Below are positions 45,761 through 57,980 of a stretch of DNA of 64,000 nucleotides, in pieces. The notes under the pieces are model-generated. The model did not search any database, was not told the DNA's origin, and saw only the letters and a program-made list of their open reading frames with translations. The number at the start of each line of letters is the position of its first letter. Position 1 is the first letter of the stretch. The DNA comes from Mobula hypostoma (taxonomy: Eukaryota), in contig NC_086097.1 of assembly GCF_963921235.1 (NCBI RefSeq), positions 78,866,001 through 78,930,000 of the forward strand, given 5' to 3'. Position numbers and translations under genes: made by a program.

Positions 45761-48700
45761 GGCGGCGGGGACCGCCCCTGTCTGCCAATGAAGTAGCAGT
45801 ATTTTTCTGCTGCTCTTAGTTTTCTTTCTTTCCCCCTAGTTTAAGCTTTGAATTTAAAATTTTTACTTGTTGATTCTTGAGGGTGATCAATATGTCTATG
45901 TCTACTGTGTACATACATCTATTGCTGCTTCTGGACACATCTTCAGTGATGTTCCTGGAATCATCGGGTGTTTCAGGTCTTTCAACATCATACAACCTCC
46001 TCCAGGTGACCCAGCCGGGGCTGATCAGACCCCAGCTTGTGTCCAGATGGCTAGCTAATTATGACTCCATGGCTCCCCTCTTTTGAGCCACAGCCATCTT
46101 GAGGCCCTCTCTGCCGCATCGGTGGTACTGCGGATGGCTCTCCTCTTCCTCGATGCCCAAGATGCTGAAGGCTCTAACTAAAGAACAGGCTATGAATCCC
46201 CTACAACCAGCCTCCACTGGCAGACACCTCGCTCCCCATCCAGCCTGCTGACAGTTGCTGACCAGTCCTGTGTACCTGGAGAGCTTCCTTTCAAAGGCCT
46301 CTTCCAAGCTATCTTCCCATGGGACTGTCAGCTCCAGCAGCACCACTTGCTTAGTAGTCTCAGACACTAGGACAATGTCTGGTCACAGGGTTGGGGAACT
46401 TCAGCTGCCCTTCGAGGTCCACCAACAGCTGCCAGTTCCTTGCTGAGGTCAGAATGCCTGCCGATGTTCTTTTGGCAGGTATTGGCTGCTCCCCAGCTCT
46501 GACAAAGGCAATGGTCTGCTTGGAGGGTCGGGACCTGATCATGCCTCCACCTGTACTGTCCCTCACCAAGTGCCCTTGCACAGCCGCTGAGGATGTGCTC
46601 CAGGGTTCCTCGCTTGGAGCACAGTGGGCACGCAGATGACTCTGCCTTGCCCCATGTGTGCAGATTTGATGGGCTTGGAAGCACATCGTACACTGCCTGG
46701 ATGAGAAATTGGATGCGGTGTGGTTCGGCTTTCCAAACATCAGCCCAGGTCACTTTCCTCTCAACCGCATTCTCCCATCTTGTCCAAGCTCCCTGTTGCT
46801 TCATTCCCACCGCCTTGCAGGCTCTCATCTCCTCCACTACTGCTCTCACCTCCTCCTGAACTAGACGACGCCTTTCCTTCCCTCTGGTGTCCATTTGGGG
46901 AGTTGGAAAGGATCCTAGCCCAGCTCGGCCTTGTGTGACCACTCCCACCAGCCTCCTGTGACGCAGCCTCGCCTCTGCCTCCTGAACAACTTCCTCTGCC
47001 CTCCACTTCCTGCCAGTACTTACTTGGATCCCTGCTCTAGCCACCTTTGGGTCACTTGAGTCCCTATACTGTAGCACTTCTCTGGCTCTTGTTACCTTGA
47101 ATTCTTCCTCCAAGGATTTGAAGGGCAGTTGCAGTTTGTTGTGGTGTCCATAGAGTGCGATGCTGCTCAGGCTCTTTGGCAGCCCCAGCCATCTCCTGAG
47201 GTGGTTGCTAACCCCTCCTCTCTAAGCTTTCAAGAAGTGGGAAGAATTTACCTGAACCTAGTGATAAAGGTAATAGGAAAGGAAAGGTGCAAAAGGCAAG
47301 ATCTGATGAAATGCCATCGTGGGCTGAAGATATCGTTTGGACACTGAATTCAATTAAGGATCAGAATGGATCAATTAAAGACCGACTGGAAAAGAATAGT
47401 AATGAAATGAAGTCATTTCTGGGAAAACTTAAAGACCTGGAAACTCAAGTTATTTCACACGAAGAGGAATTGAAGATAGCTAAGCAAAAGCTGTCTGAAG
47501 CTACAACTCGTTTGGAAAGATATCAAAATAAGATTATAGACCTGGAAACTAGGTCTCGACAAAGGAATTTAAGAATTGTTGGGCTACAGGAAGGAGCTGA
47601 AGATGGAGATCTAACGGCTTACTTTGGTAAGCTTTTCCACACTTTATTTCCTACCATTCTATTAAAGCCGCCTGCTATAGAAAGGGCATACAGGGCGTTT
47701 ATCTCGAAATCGAAGGACTCTAGTAAACCAAGATCTGTTCTGGTTTGCTTTCATCGCTTTAAAAATAAAGATCAAATAATACGACAGGCAAGAAAACAGA
47801 GGGTTTTTAGATTTATGGAATCTGAGCTCCGCTTCTACGAAGATTATCCAAGAGAGATAATGGAACAAAGATCAAAATTTGCCCTGGTAATGAAACAAGC
47901 ATATGATAAGAATCTTTTCCCGTCTCTGAGGTATCCGACAAAACTTAAAATTTTCCCTCCTAATTCTCCTCCTCATACTTTTTTTGATCTAAAGCGGCAC
48001 TGGATTTTGTTCAGGCTTTGCCTGCCACTGTCACCAACACCGCTGTTGAATGATCCATCTGAAAAGCTGTTTGGCTATTTGTATATTATTCGCATTTTGG
48101 AAAGAAGATTTATGAAGGTCACTTGTATATTTCATCGAGAGACTAATTAAAGAACACAGGTAGTTGTTCTTTATTGCATATTATTGGTTTTCCTTTGGAA
48201 AGATTTATGGTTTAAGTACCTCAAATGATCTCTGGACATTTTATGACTGAGGGAAGAAGATAAGGCGATTTGTTCTTTTAATTTAATACTTTGTAGCTAA
48301 TTGGTAGTTTTTCCTACTAATAGGGCTTTTTATATATTTTTCTGTTCTATTATAACATTTTATAACTGAATTTAAAGCTTTTTTAGGGAATTAATATTAA
48401 ACATGGCGCTGGTTTTTCTCTCTAACAGATAACATTATTTTGGTTCTTTCTTGTTTATCAGTCGATGGAATGTAAGTACCTTTTTTTCCTGAGACTTTAT
48501 TGTCTTTTTCACAAGGTCACTCTACTTTTTTACTAACTGGGCGGAGGGAAAGAAAACACAGACAGAGCAGTCAGCAGCTTTGAATTCTATCGTAGATCAC
48601 TTGCCTTTTTCGGGTTTCCGGGTGTGGGTGGGTGGGTTTAGAGTTAGTTTTTTCCCATTGGGTGGTTCCGGAGCATGTGTGTATTTTATTTGGTTGTATT

Positions 48701-51700
48701 CTTCATCACCGCCATCTTTGATCATCCTGCACTGGTATGTGCTTTGTGCATGTATAAAGTAGAATGAAATTATAGTATGCTGTTCAAACAGATTAATATA
48801 ATAAGTTGGAATGTACGTGGTTGGAATCATCCTATCAAACGAAAGAAGACTTTTAAAATTATTAACCAATTCCAACCTGATATAATTTTTGCTCAAGAGA
48901 CACATATCAGGGCGGGAGATCAAATAGATTTTTTAGATGGTGGAATAGTTTGCAATTCCACTCTACTTCTCAGAGTAAAACAAAAGGCGTGTCTACTTTC
49001 ATTAAACCTAATATATTTATTCAGGAGGATATTGAATCAGATTCTAATGGTAGATTTTTAATTGTTAAAGGAACAATCTGTAACAGAAAAGTTGTTTTGG
49101 TTAATTTGTATGGTCCTAACTTAGATGATCCTTCTTTTTTTGAAAAGGTATTCACTTTACTGCCTGACTTAAATGAATATATGCTCATAATGGATGGGGA
49201 TTTTAATTGTTGTTTAAATCCTATGATTGATAGGAGCTCAACCAATCAGCAACTTCCAAATCAATCCACGTCATTTATTAATTCCTTTTTGATTGATTTT
49301 GGGTTGATTGATTTGTGGAGGTATCTTCATCCCGACAATAGAGAATATTCTTTCTTCTCACATGTTTATAAAAAATATTATATTATAATCGATCCCCACT
49401 TCTTGCCTAGTGTTAAAACCTGCGAATATGACGCTATTGCTATATCTGATCATGCGCCTCTGAGTTTGTCTTTTGAATTTGATGATGTCACTCTTGCCCG
49501 CCCACCTTGGCGCATGTCTCAGACATTATTGCAAAACTCTGACTTTGTCACTTTCATTGAAACCCAGATAAAAGAATTTTTTCTTTTTAATGATATAGGG
49601 GGTATGTCTAAATTAGTTATATGGGATACATTTAAAGCATTTTTAGGCGGTCAGATTATTTCTTACTCAGCTAAACTTAAAAAACAAACTAAAGCAGAAT
49701 AAGATAGAATTTCAAAACAAATTAAAGATATAGATAATATTTATGCAATTTCCCCCAATACTGATTTATTTAAACAAAGGGTGGAACTTCAATCACAATA
49801 TAACCTGTTATTAACTCATCCCATTGAAGGTTACTTGCTTAAGTTAAAGAGCCAATTTTATATGTCTGGAGATAAAAATAATAAATTGCTTGCATTTCAA
49901 TTAAAAATGGCTGCAGCCAAAAGGCAAATCATGAAAATTCTTAGGAAAGATGGTACCTTAGCTCAGGAATATAAGGAAATTAATAAGATTTTTCAAGACT
50001 TTTATGCTGAGCTATATAAATCTCAATATCCGTTAGATTCCTCTAAAATGAATGCTTTTTTACGAAAGATTGTTTTTCCTAAAATCTCGGCTGAGGATCA
50101 AAAGATTCTCGATGCTCAAATTACTGAAACCGAAATTCATAAAGCTATTTTTTCAATGCAGTCTGGTAAGTCCCCAGGACTCGATGGCTATCCTGTAGAA
50201 TTTTATAAAAAATTTGGAAAGTTGCTCTCTCCCTATATGTTGGAAATGTTTAAGAATTCTTTTGTGAAAGGTGACTTACCCTCTACTTTTTATGAGGCCT
50301 CTATTTCTTTATTTCTTAAAAAAGATAAAGATCCTACTGACTGTGCTTCATATAGACCTATTTCATTACTGAATGTTGATGCTAAGATTTTGTCAAAGAT
50401 AATGGCCAATCGGTTGGAGAATATTTTGGGTAAAATTATTTGTAAAGATCAAATAGGCTTTATAAAGGGTCGCTATTCCTTTTCAAATGTTCGGAGACTA
50501 CTTAACATTATATATTCACCCTCTTCTAAAATTCCACAATGTATTGTATCTTTGGAGGCTGAAAAAGCGTTTGACCGAGTTGAATGGAAATATTTATTCA
50601 ATGTTTTAGAGAGAAATTTGGCTTTGGTGTTAATTTTAATAATTAGATTAAAATGATATATAAAGCCCCTATTGCTACTGTTGTTACTAACAATTGTAAG
50701 TCTCCTTTTTTTCAGCTTTCATGGAGGACAAGGCAAGGCTGTCCATTAAGTCCTTTGTTGTTTAATTTTATATTAGGACCCCTTGCTATTGCTCTTCATG
50801 AGGCTAAAAATATCCATGGGATATTTGTGAACGAGACCATGCATAAGGTCTCTCTTTATGCTGATGATTTATTGGTTTATATATCTAACCCTGACGAATC
50901 CATTTCTGCCCTGCTAAAATTACTTAATGAATTCGGAGGCTTTTCAGGATATAAAATTAATTTTAGTAAAAGTGAATTGTTTCCTTTAAATGATTCTGTT
51001 TCTATATATGATACTACTCCTTTTAAAGTTTCAGACTCTTTTAGATATTTAGGTATTATAATTACTAAAAAATATAAGGATCTTTATAAAGCTAATTTCG
51101 TTCCCTTAGTAGACTCTATGAAGTATTTATTTAGTAGATGGAGTCCACTTACATTTTCACTTGTTGGTCATATGCATATAATTAAAATGATGATTCTACC
51201 GAAATTTTTATATTTATTTCAGAATATTCCTGCTTTTTTGACTAGGAAGTTTTTTGATCGGATTGATTCTATTATTTTATCTTTTATTTGGAATAATAAA
51301 AGGCCAAGAATTCATAAATGTCATTTACAAAAATTGAAAAAAGATGGAGGTCTTGCTTTGCCTAATTTTAGAATGTATTATTGGGCTGTTAATCTGCGAT
51401 ATATGTCTTTTTGGTTATACTGGGTTGATAAGAGTGATCGGCCAATTTGGGTAGACCTGGAACTAAAAGTTGTAAAACAGTTTTATTCAACCTCGTTATT
51501 GGGGGCTCCTTTACCTATGCAATTAAGTAAAGTTGTTAATTTAAACCTATATCCTGTGATTAAGTATTCTTTACAAATTTGGCTCTAGTTCCGCAATTTT
51601 TTTAATCTTAAAAAATTCAAACTTTGTGTTTTAATTTACCAAAATTACTTTTTTAAGCCTTCTTTGAATGATCCAATTTTTCTACTTTGGAAAAATAAAG

Positions 51701-52886
51701 GTATTAATTCTTTTTTGGATTTATTTAAAGAAGATAGATTGATGTCCTTTGAACAATTAATTGATAAATATGCTCTTTCATACACTTTTTGCAATACCTT
51801 CAAGTTAGACATTTTTTACAAAAATACTTAAGTAATTTCCCTTACATATTGGAGGCTGACCTGTTAGATACTATTATGAGTATGAATCCTTTGATTAAGG
51901 GTTCTATTGGAAGAATTTATAATTTACTATTACAATGGGATAAGCGTCCTTTGTCTAAGATTAAACAGGTTTGGGAAAAGGAACTTAATTTGACTTTTAT
52001 GATGGAGGATTGGATGCGGATATTGAAGTTGGTTAACTCTTCTTCAATTTGTGCTAGCCATTCATTGATTCAATTTAAAATTGTACATCGTTATCATTTG
52101 ACAAAGGAGAGACTTTCTAAAATCTTTTCTAATGTTGATAGTCATTGTGATAGGTGTAAAACTGAGATAGCTACACTGACACATATGTTTTGGTCTTGTT
52201 CTAAATTGGAACAGTTCTGGAAGTCGGTTTTCTCAAGCACTTAAAATTAATTTACAACCTAATAAATTAACTGTGGTTTTTGGCACTTAAAGCAGTTAAA
52301 ATTAATTTACAACCTAATAAATTAACTGTGCTTTTTGGAATAGTTCCTCAAAATATTCATGGTATTTCTGTGTCTGACCAACATGTTATTGCATTTGTTA
52401 CATCGATAGCTAGGAGGGCCATTTTGTTGAAGTGGAAGGATACATCAGCTCCCACTTTGTCACAATGGTTCTCTCAAGTGATGCTATGTCTTAGTTTGGA
52501 GAAAATTAGAAGTCGAACCTTTGAACCTTTATTTGATTTTGAGAAAAGATGGGACTCATTTGCTCATTATTATCATTTGAGTTAATTGATATAATTTTTC
52601 CATGATCTAATTGTAAATTCTTTTAGTATATTTTCTCTTTTTGCTGGTGGTTTGATGTTTATTTTTAGAAGCTTTTTGTATGATGCATGGCTCCGGGGTT
52701 GTACACCTAATGGGTTCTCTTTTTTTTTTCTCACTTTTCTGCTTAGTAGGTTTTTTTTGTTATCACAAAATTTTGTTTACAGTCTTTAAGATGATGAGTT
52801 TTTTTTTGAGGCATTGTAAGTGTTGTTACTTCGATGTACTCATGTTTTTTTTCTATATATACAATAAAAAGATTTGAAAAGAAAAA
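45761..52886 (+). mobile_element. Near full-length L1-clade LINE (ORF1, spacer, ORF2 with frameshifts)
   Basis: 13-bp TSD GGAAAAGCCTAAG (45748-45760, 52887-52899); ORF1 (DLETRSRQRNLRIVGL, IERAYR, FYEDY); ORF2 SWNVRG, QETH, GDFN, SDH, YRPISLLN, YADD, C-terminal CDRC..THMFWSC; AATAAA plus A-rich tail. Confidence 0.93.
45891..47205 (-). mobile_element. HERO-clade (RLE-type) LINE 3' part nested in the L1 5' region
   Basis: CPLCSKRGTLEHILSGC zinc knuckle, RWRHDQV, PD..(V)SETTKQVVLLELTVPWED..ERK restriction-like endonuclease. Confidence 0.85.
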
Positions 52887-54519
52887 GGAAAAGCCTAAGA
52901 GAGCTCGTAAGGGTGTTATGCTTAGCGTAAAACTGGACGTAATTAAGCGCTTTGATCATAGTCAATGAAGAAAGGTCCGCACGTTGAACTTCCCTGCATC
53001 CAACATTTGCACTATTTACACACAGAGAGAAGGAATCTTGAAAGCTGCCGATGTTATTATTGGTTCTGCTCGTAGCAAAGTGATCTCTTTTAGTCGGCAT
53101 CCAATCATGGATAAAATGGAAAGTCTATTGCTTGAGTGGATTGATGGGTGTACAAAGTGTGGTGTTCTGTTAAGTTATCTTATACTTAAAGGAGAAATCA
53201 GCCTTTTTAATAAGCTGAAACAGAAAGCCCTGGACGATGGTGATGAAAGTGTTGCAAAAGTGGAATTTAAAGGTAGTCATGGGTGGTTTGATCGATTTCT
53301 GAGGCGAGGGCAGCTTCACAGTTTAACGTTTACCGGAGAGAGTGCTTCGGCTGATACTGAAGTTGACGAAGATGATGGTGAAGAGGTTTTGGCATCCCAT
53401 GACCAAGAACTGACAGGTGAAGAGCTGATGTAATTGCAAGAGGAAAGGATACAAATCGAAACCGAACGGCCCAAAAGTGAAGTCGTCCAGGAACTGAATG
53501 TGAAGCACTTGCGTGAGATTTTCGCTGCGATTGACAGCACTGCAATGATTGCAGAAGAGAATGACTTTAATTTTGGAAGAGCACATAGGTTTAGGGCATA
53601 TTTGCAGGATTGTTTGAGTGCTTACAAAGAACTGTATGATAGAAAAATGCGTGAGGCTAAGCAATCAAGCACACTGTCCTTTTTCAAGCCTTCCACATCA
53701 GCCACAGCAGACGACAAACCTCAGCCTTCGACATCGAGGCAGGCAGACATAGAAGACGTTAGTGACCAGTCTCCTGTACCTCCCACCACCGCAACCTCAG
53801 CCTAACACACCATCATCAGTGTGCTCGCTGTCTTCCCAATTCCGGTAAGTGAAACTATACACTGTACGTACATTATTTCTACTTTATATAGGCTGTGTAT
53901 TTTTATGTGTTATTTGGTATGATTTGGTAGGCTATTTTTCGGGTCTGGGAACACGCAAAAATTTTTCCAATATAAATGAAAGACATTTTTGCGAAAGTGG
54001 AAATTGAGGGTAGTTATGGGTGGTTTGATCGGTTTTTGAGGCGATGGCAGCTTCATAGCTTAAAGGTTACTGGAAAGAGTGCTTCCGCCCAGAGTGCTTC
54101 TGCCGAGGGCACTTGAGTGAGATTTTCGCTACGCTCTACAGTGCTGCAATGATTGCAGAAAAGTATTTCTACTTTATATAGGCTGTGTATTTATCATATC
54201 ACTCCTGCTTTTACTATATGTTAGTGTTGTTTTAGGTTTTCTGTGCTACTTGGTATGATTTGGTAGGTTTTTTTTGGGTCTGGGAACACTCAAAAAATTT
54301 TTCCCATAAAATTTAATGGTAATTGCTTCTTCGCTTTACGCCATTTCAGCTTACGAACGGTTTCATAAGAATGCTCTACGTTCGGATAGCGGGGGAAACC
54401 TGTCGGTGGTTTGTTAATGGTCTGTGATAGGCTCCTGATCTTCCTAATTATACACTTGAACTTGAGTGCTTTCCAACACCTACAGGATGACTCCAAGCTT
54501 GGAGACAGTAAAAATGGGT

Positions 54520-55100
54520 GAATTGGTTTATTATTGTCACATGTACCGAGATATAGAGAAAAATTTGACTTGCATGTTGTTCGCATAGATCGATTCAATA
54601 TGAATGTGTTGAGGTAGAACAAAGTCAAACAACTGAATGCAGAATAAAGTGTTACAGTTACAGAGAAAGTAAGTATCGTACAGGTAGACATTCAGAAGCA
54701 AACTCATAACAAAGTAGTTTGCAAGGTCAAGAGTCTGTCTTATCATATTAGGGAACTATTCAATAGAATTAGAACAAAAAGGGGTAGAAGCTGCCCTTGA
54801 ACTTGGTGGTATGTGCTTACAGGTTTTTGTATCTTCTGCCTGATGGGATGTTGGAGAAGGGAGAATGACTGGGATGAGTGAAGTCTTTGATTATGTTGGC
54901 TGCTTTACTGAGGCAGCGAGAAGCGTAAATAGAGTTCATGGAGGGAGAGGCTGGTTTCCTTGATGTGCTGAGCTGTGTCGACGACTCTCTGCAGTTTCTT
55001 GCAGTAGAGGGTCTGGTGAGCTTTCTTGGCTATGCCATCAATGTAGTTGAACCAGCATAGACTATTGAACACCATCAGTTCCTAAGAACCTGAAGCTGTC
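54520..55100 (-). mobile_element. Rex1/Babar-like fragment, continuing at ~57660-57820 after the Gypsy element
   Basis: Similar to other Rex1 3' ends in the window; boundaries approximate. Confidence 0.55.
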
Positions 55101-55103
55101 AGT

Positions 55104-57650
55104 GTAATGTGTGGATCTATTTCTTTTAGAGCAATGACCCCCACCCCCTTAGCACTACATAGTGATTTGTTGTCTGCACATGTGTGTCTGTCTGTCTGTC
55201 TGTCTGACTGTCTGTCTCTCAATCTCTCTCTCTCTCTAAAGCTCTCACGCTTCTTAGCTTAATAGATGGAAGAAGTTGTCTCTTACACAACTTAGTAACC
55301 CCTGAAAAACCAGCAAGCAAGACGTTCAACAAAATTGTTACAACTTTACAAAATCACTTGAGCCCTAAACCACTGGTAATAGCTGATAGATTTAGATTTT
55401 TACAAAAGACACTAGTCAAAGGATGAAAGCATTTCTGAATACATTGCAGAACTGCACAATCTCTCCTAGTACTGTGACTTTAGAGATGGACTTTCTGATG
55501 CATTAACAGCAGGCTTGTATGTGGCATGCATAGTCAAAGCACGCAAAAGAGGCCACTGTCCAAAAGAGAGCTTGCCTTAGAACGTGCATTGACCATTGCA
55601 GTATTGTTAGAGACTGCAGCAAAGGATGCAGCAGAACTATAGAAAGAGTTTAGAATGTGAAATGCGCAAAATGTTCCTGAAAGGTGTAAAAAGACAAAAA
55701 TGTTATCAACGTGGCAAATCCTCCCATGTTGCAAATGACTGTTGATTCAAGGAAAAAGGTTGCAGAAAATGTCACAGACAAGGTCACGTAGAGAGAGTGT
55801 GCAAGGCAGACAAAAAGCACAACCGAGTGAAAAGTGTCAAACATAAAACTAAGCAAAAGCATAGAGTGACTGAATAGGAAATGGAGTCTGACAAAGGTGA
55901 GCTGTCATGCCTGGCACTGCATAATATTACTGAAGCAGATCACAAGATCATATGACTCACAATGAATGGGCCTGACGTAAAACTGAAAATAAAACTGGAC
56001 ACATTGTCAGCTTTGTCTATAATTTCAGAGGCTGACTGCAACATATTGTCTTCTAAAATACCATTAGAGAAGCCCTCAGTGATGCTAAAGACCTACACAG
56101 GTGAAAAAGTGTCTCCCAAAGGTAAACTGAAAGTGAATGTGACGTATGGAGACCAAACACAGCAGTTAGAGCTTTATGTATTGAAAAGTGGAGGGCCAAT
56201 ACTTTTTGGACGTGGATGGCTGAGAAAAATCCAACTAGACTGGCACTCAGTCAAAGCTCTCAGTGTGGCATCAACAGGCAATGGCAGCCCAAACAGTAGC
56301 ACTAACCAGAAACTGTCACAGCTACTTAAAGCTAATGAGAAGGTGTTCAAGAAGGGAACAGATAAACAGATTAAAGACTTGGCTAAAAGCTGTTCTGTAT
56401 GCCAAAAAATTCGAAATGCACCTCCACAGGCACTGTTACACCCGTGGAAGTGACCGTCTTCAGCATGGCAAAGAGTGCGTTTCAACTTTGCTGGGTCATT
56501 CATGGATTCCATGTTTCAGATTGCTGAGGACACTCATTCAAAGTGACCATAGGTTATATCAATGAAGTCAACCGCCTCAGCAAGGACTGTCTCTACCCTG
56601 AGGACTATATTCAGCAGAAACTGCTTACCGGAACAAATTGTGACAACGTACCACAATACGTGTCAGAAAAATCCCTACTGTTCATGAAGCAAAATGGCAT
56701 CAGACAATTCAAGTCAATTCTTCACGCCCAGCAATGAATGGGTTAACTGAAAGGTTTATCCAAACCTTCAAGAAGTCCACTAAAGCGATGGACGAGGAGG
56801 ATATTCCTCTACAGCACAAGGTGGACGATTTCCTTTTCTGTGTATTGGAACTCTGTTCATGCGATGACAAGTCAAACACTCGCAATGCTGTTCATAAGCA
56901 AGAATTTGAGAACCCGCATAGACCTCCTGAAATCAGATCTACAGAGGGAGAGGGAGGTGTAGAATAAATAGTTCAACCAGCTACCAAGTGAATCGACAAG
57001 GAACTTCAAGATTGGACAGAAAGCCCTAGCACATGATTACCGAGAAGGCGAGTGGACACCCGGTAGGAATTGGACTACTGATGTACACAGTGGATGTTGG
57101 AGATCATACATGGAGACATCATGTGGACCAGATACTGGATGCTCTGCCGAAGAACCCACCTGAGTCGAATGCAGCTAACAGGTGGACACTTTACAGCCAC
57201 CGGACTTACCTCTCGGTGATGATCGTGTCACTTCACTGACAGCAATATGATACAAGCGACCAAGAACGTTGTCTTAGACAAGACACCTGCCAAACCTGAT
57301 TCCACTCCACAGGTCTAGAGGCGCTGTCCTGAAAGAAACAGAATACCACCCAAAAGACAATCTTTAGCATAGTGAAGTTAGTAATGGACCATTGTTATGA
57401 AACCATGTCTATTTGGAATATGGTTTATGAAAGGGAAATTGAATGTTTTGTACATATACAGTTTTATGTTGCATTAATCTAAAAGGGGCGAAAGTGTGAT
57501 CTATTTCTTTTAGAGCAATGCCCCCCCAGCACTAAGTATTGATCTGTTATCTATGCATGTGCATTGTTGTATCTCTCTCTCGCTGCAATGTGAATACACC
57601 AGTTAAAGCCATCTCCCGCATGCGTCCTTTTATTTAATCGGTATGTAGTT
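55104..57650 (+). mobile_element. Decayed, internally deleted Gypsy LTR retrotransposon
   Basis: Direct repeats GATCTATTTCTTTTAGAGCAATG at ~55114 and ~57498; PPT AAAAGGGGCGAAAG at 57481-57494; gag (HLSPKPLVIADRFRF), protease (KLDTLSALSII), integrase (CSVCQK..HPW, NGLTERFIQTFK) remnants; RT absent. Confidence 0.82.
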
Positions 57651-57980
57651 GCAAAGACAGAACAGACAGGCCACTTGACCTTAGTACTGTTGATGTGCAC
57701 TTCTCTTCCCCGCTTCTAGCATCCAGTCACATGTTCACTGCCCCTTCCTGAAAACAACAACCAACTCTTTTGTTTTGCTGACGTTGAGGGAAAGGCGGTC
57801 ATAACACCATGTCACAATCTATCTCTGTCTCTATATCTGAACAGTGAAGCAGTGGCTTCAGGAGGACGTGGGCAGACTTAAGGCAGGCGACATTTAATGC
57901 AGGAGTGATGTATTTTGAAGGGAAGATCAAGCAAAAGCAGTTTCGTGGGTACAATTCCCAAAGGAGTGCTGGTATAGTAA

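Larger units (their letters stand above)
45538..54402 (+). mobile_element. Tigger/pogo transposon (same family as 11695-15277), split by L1
   Basis: TA|CAGGTGGCCCCC ... GGGGGAAACCTG; transposase resumes after L1 (KMESLLLEWID..FKGSHGWFDRF). Confidence 0.87.
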
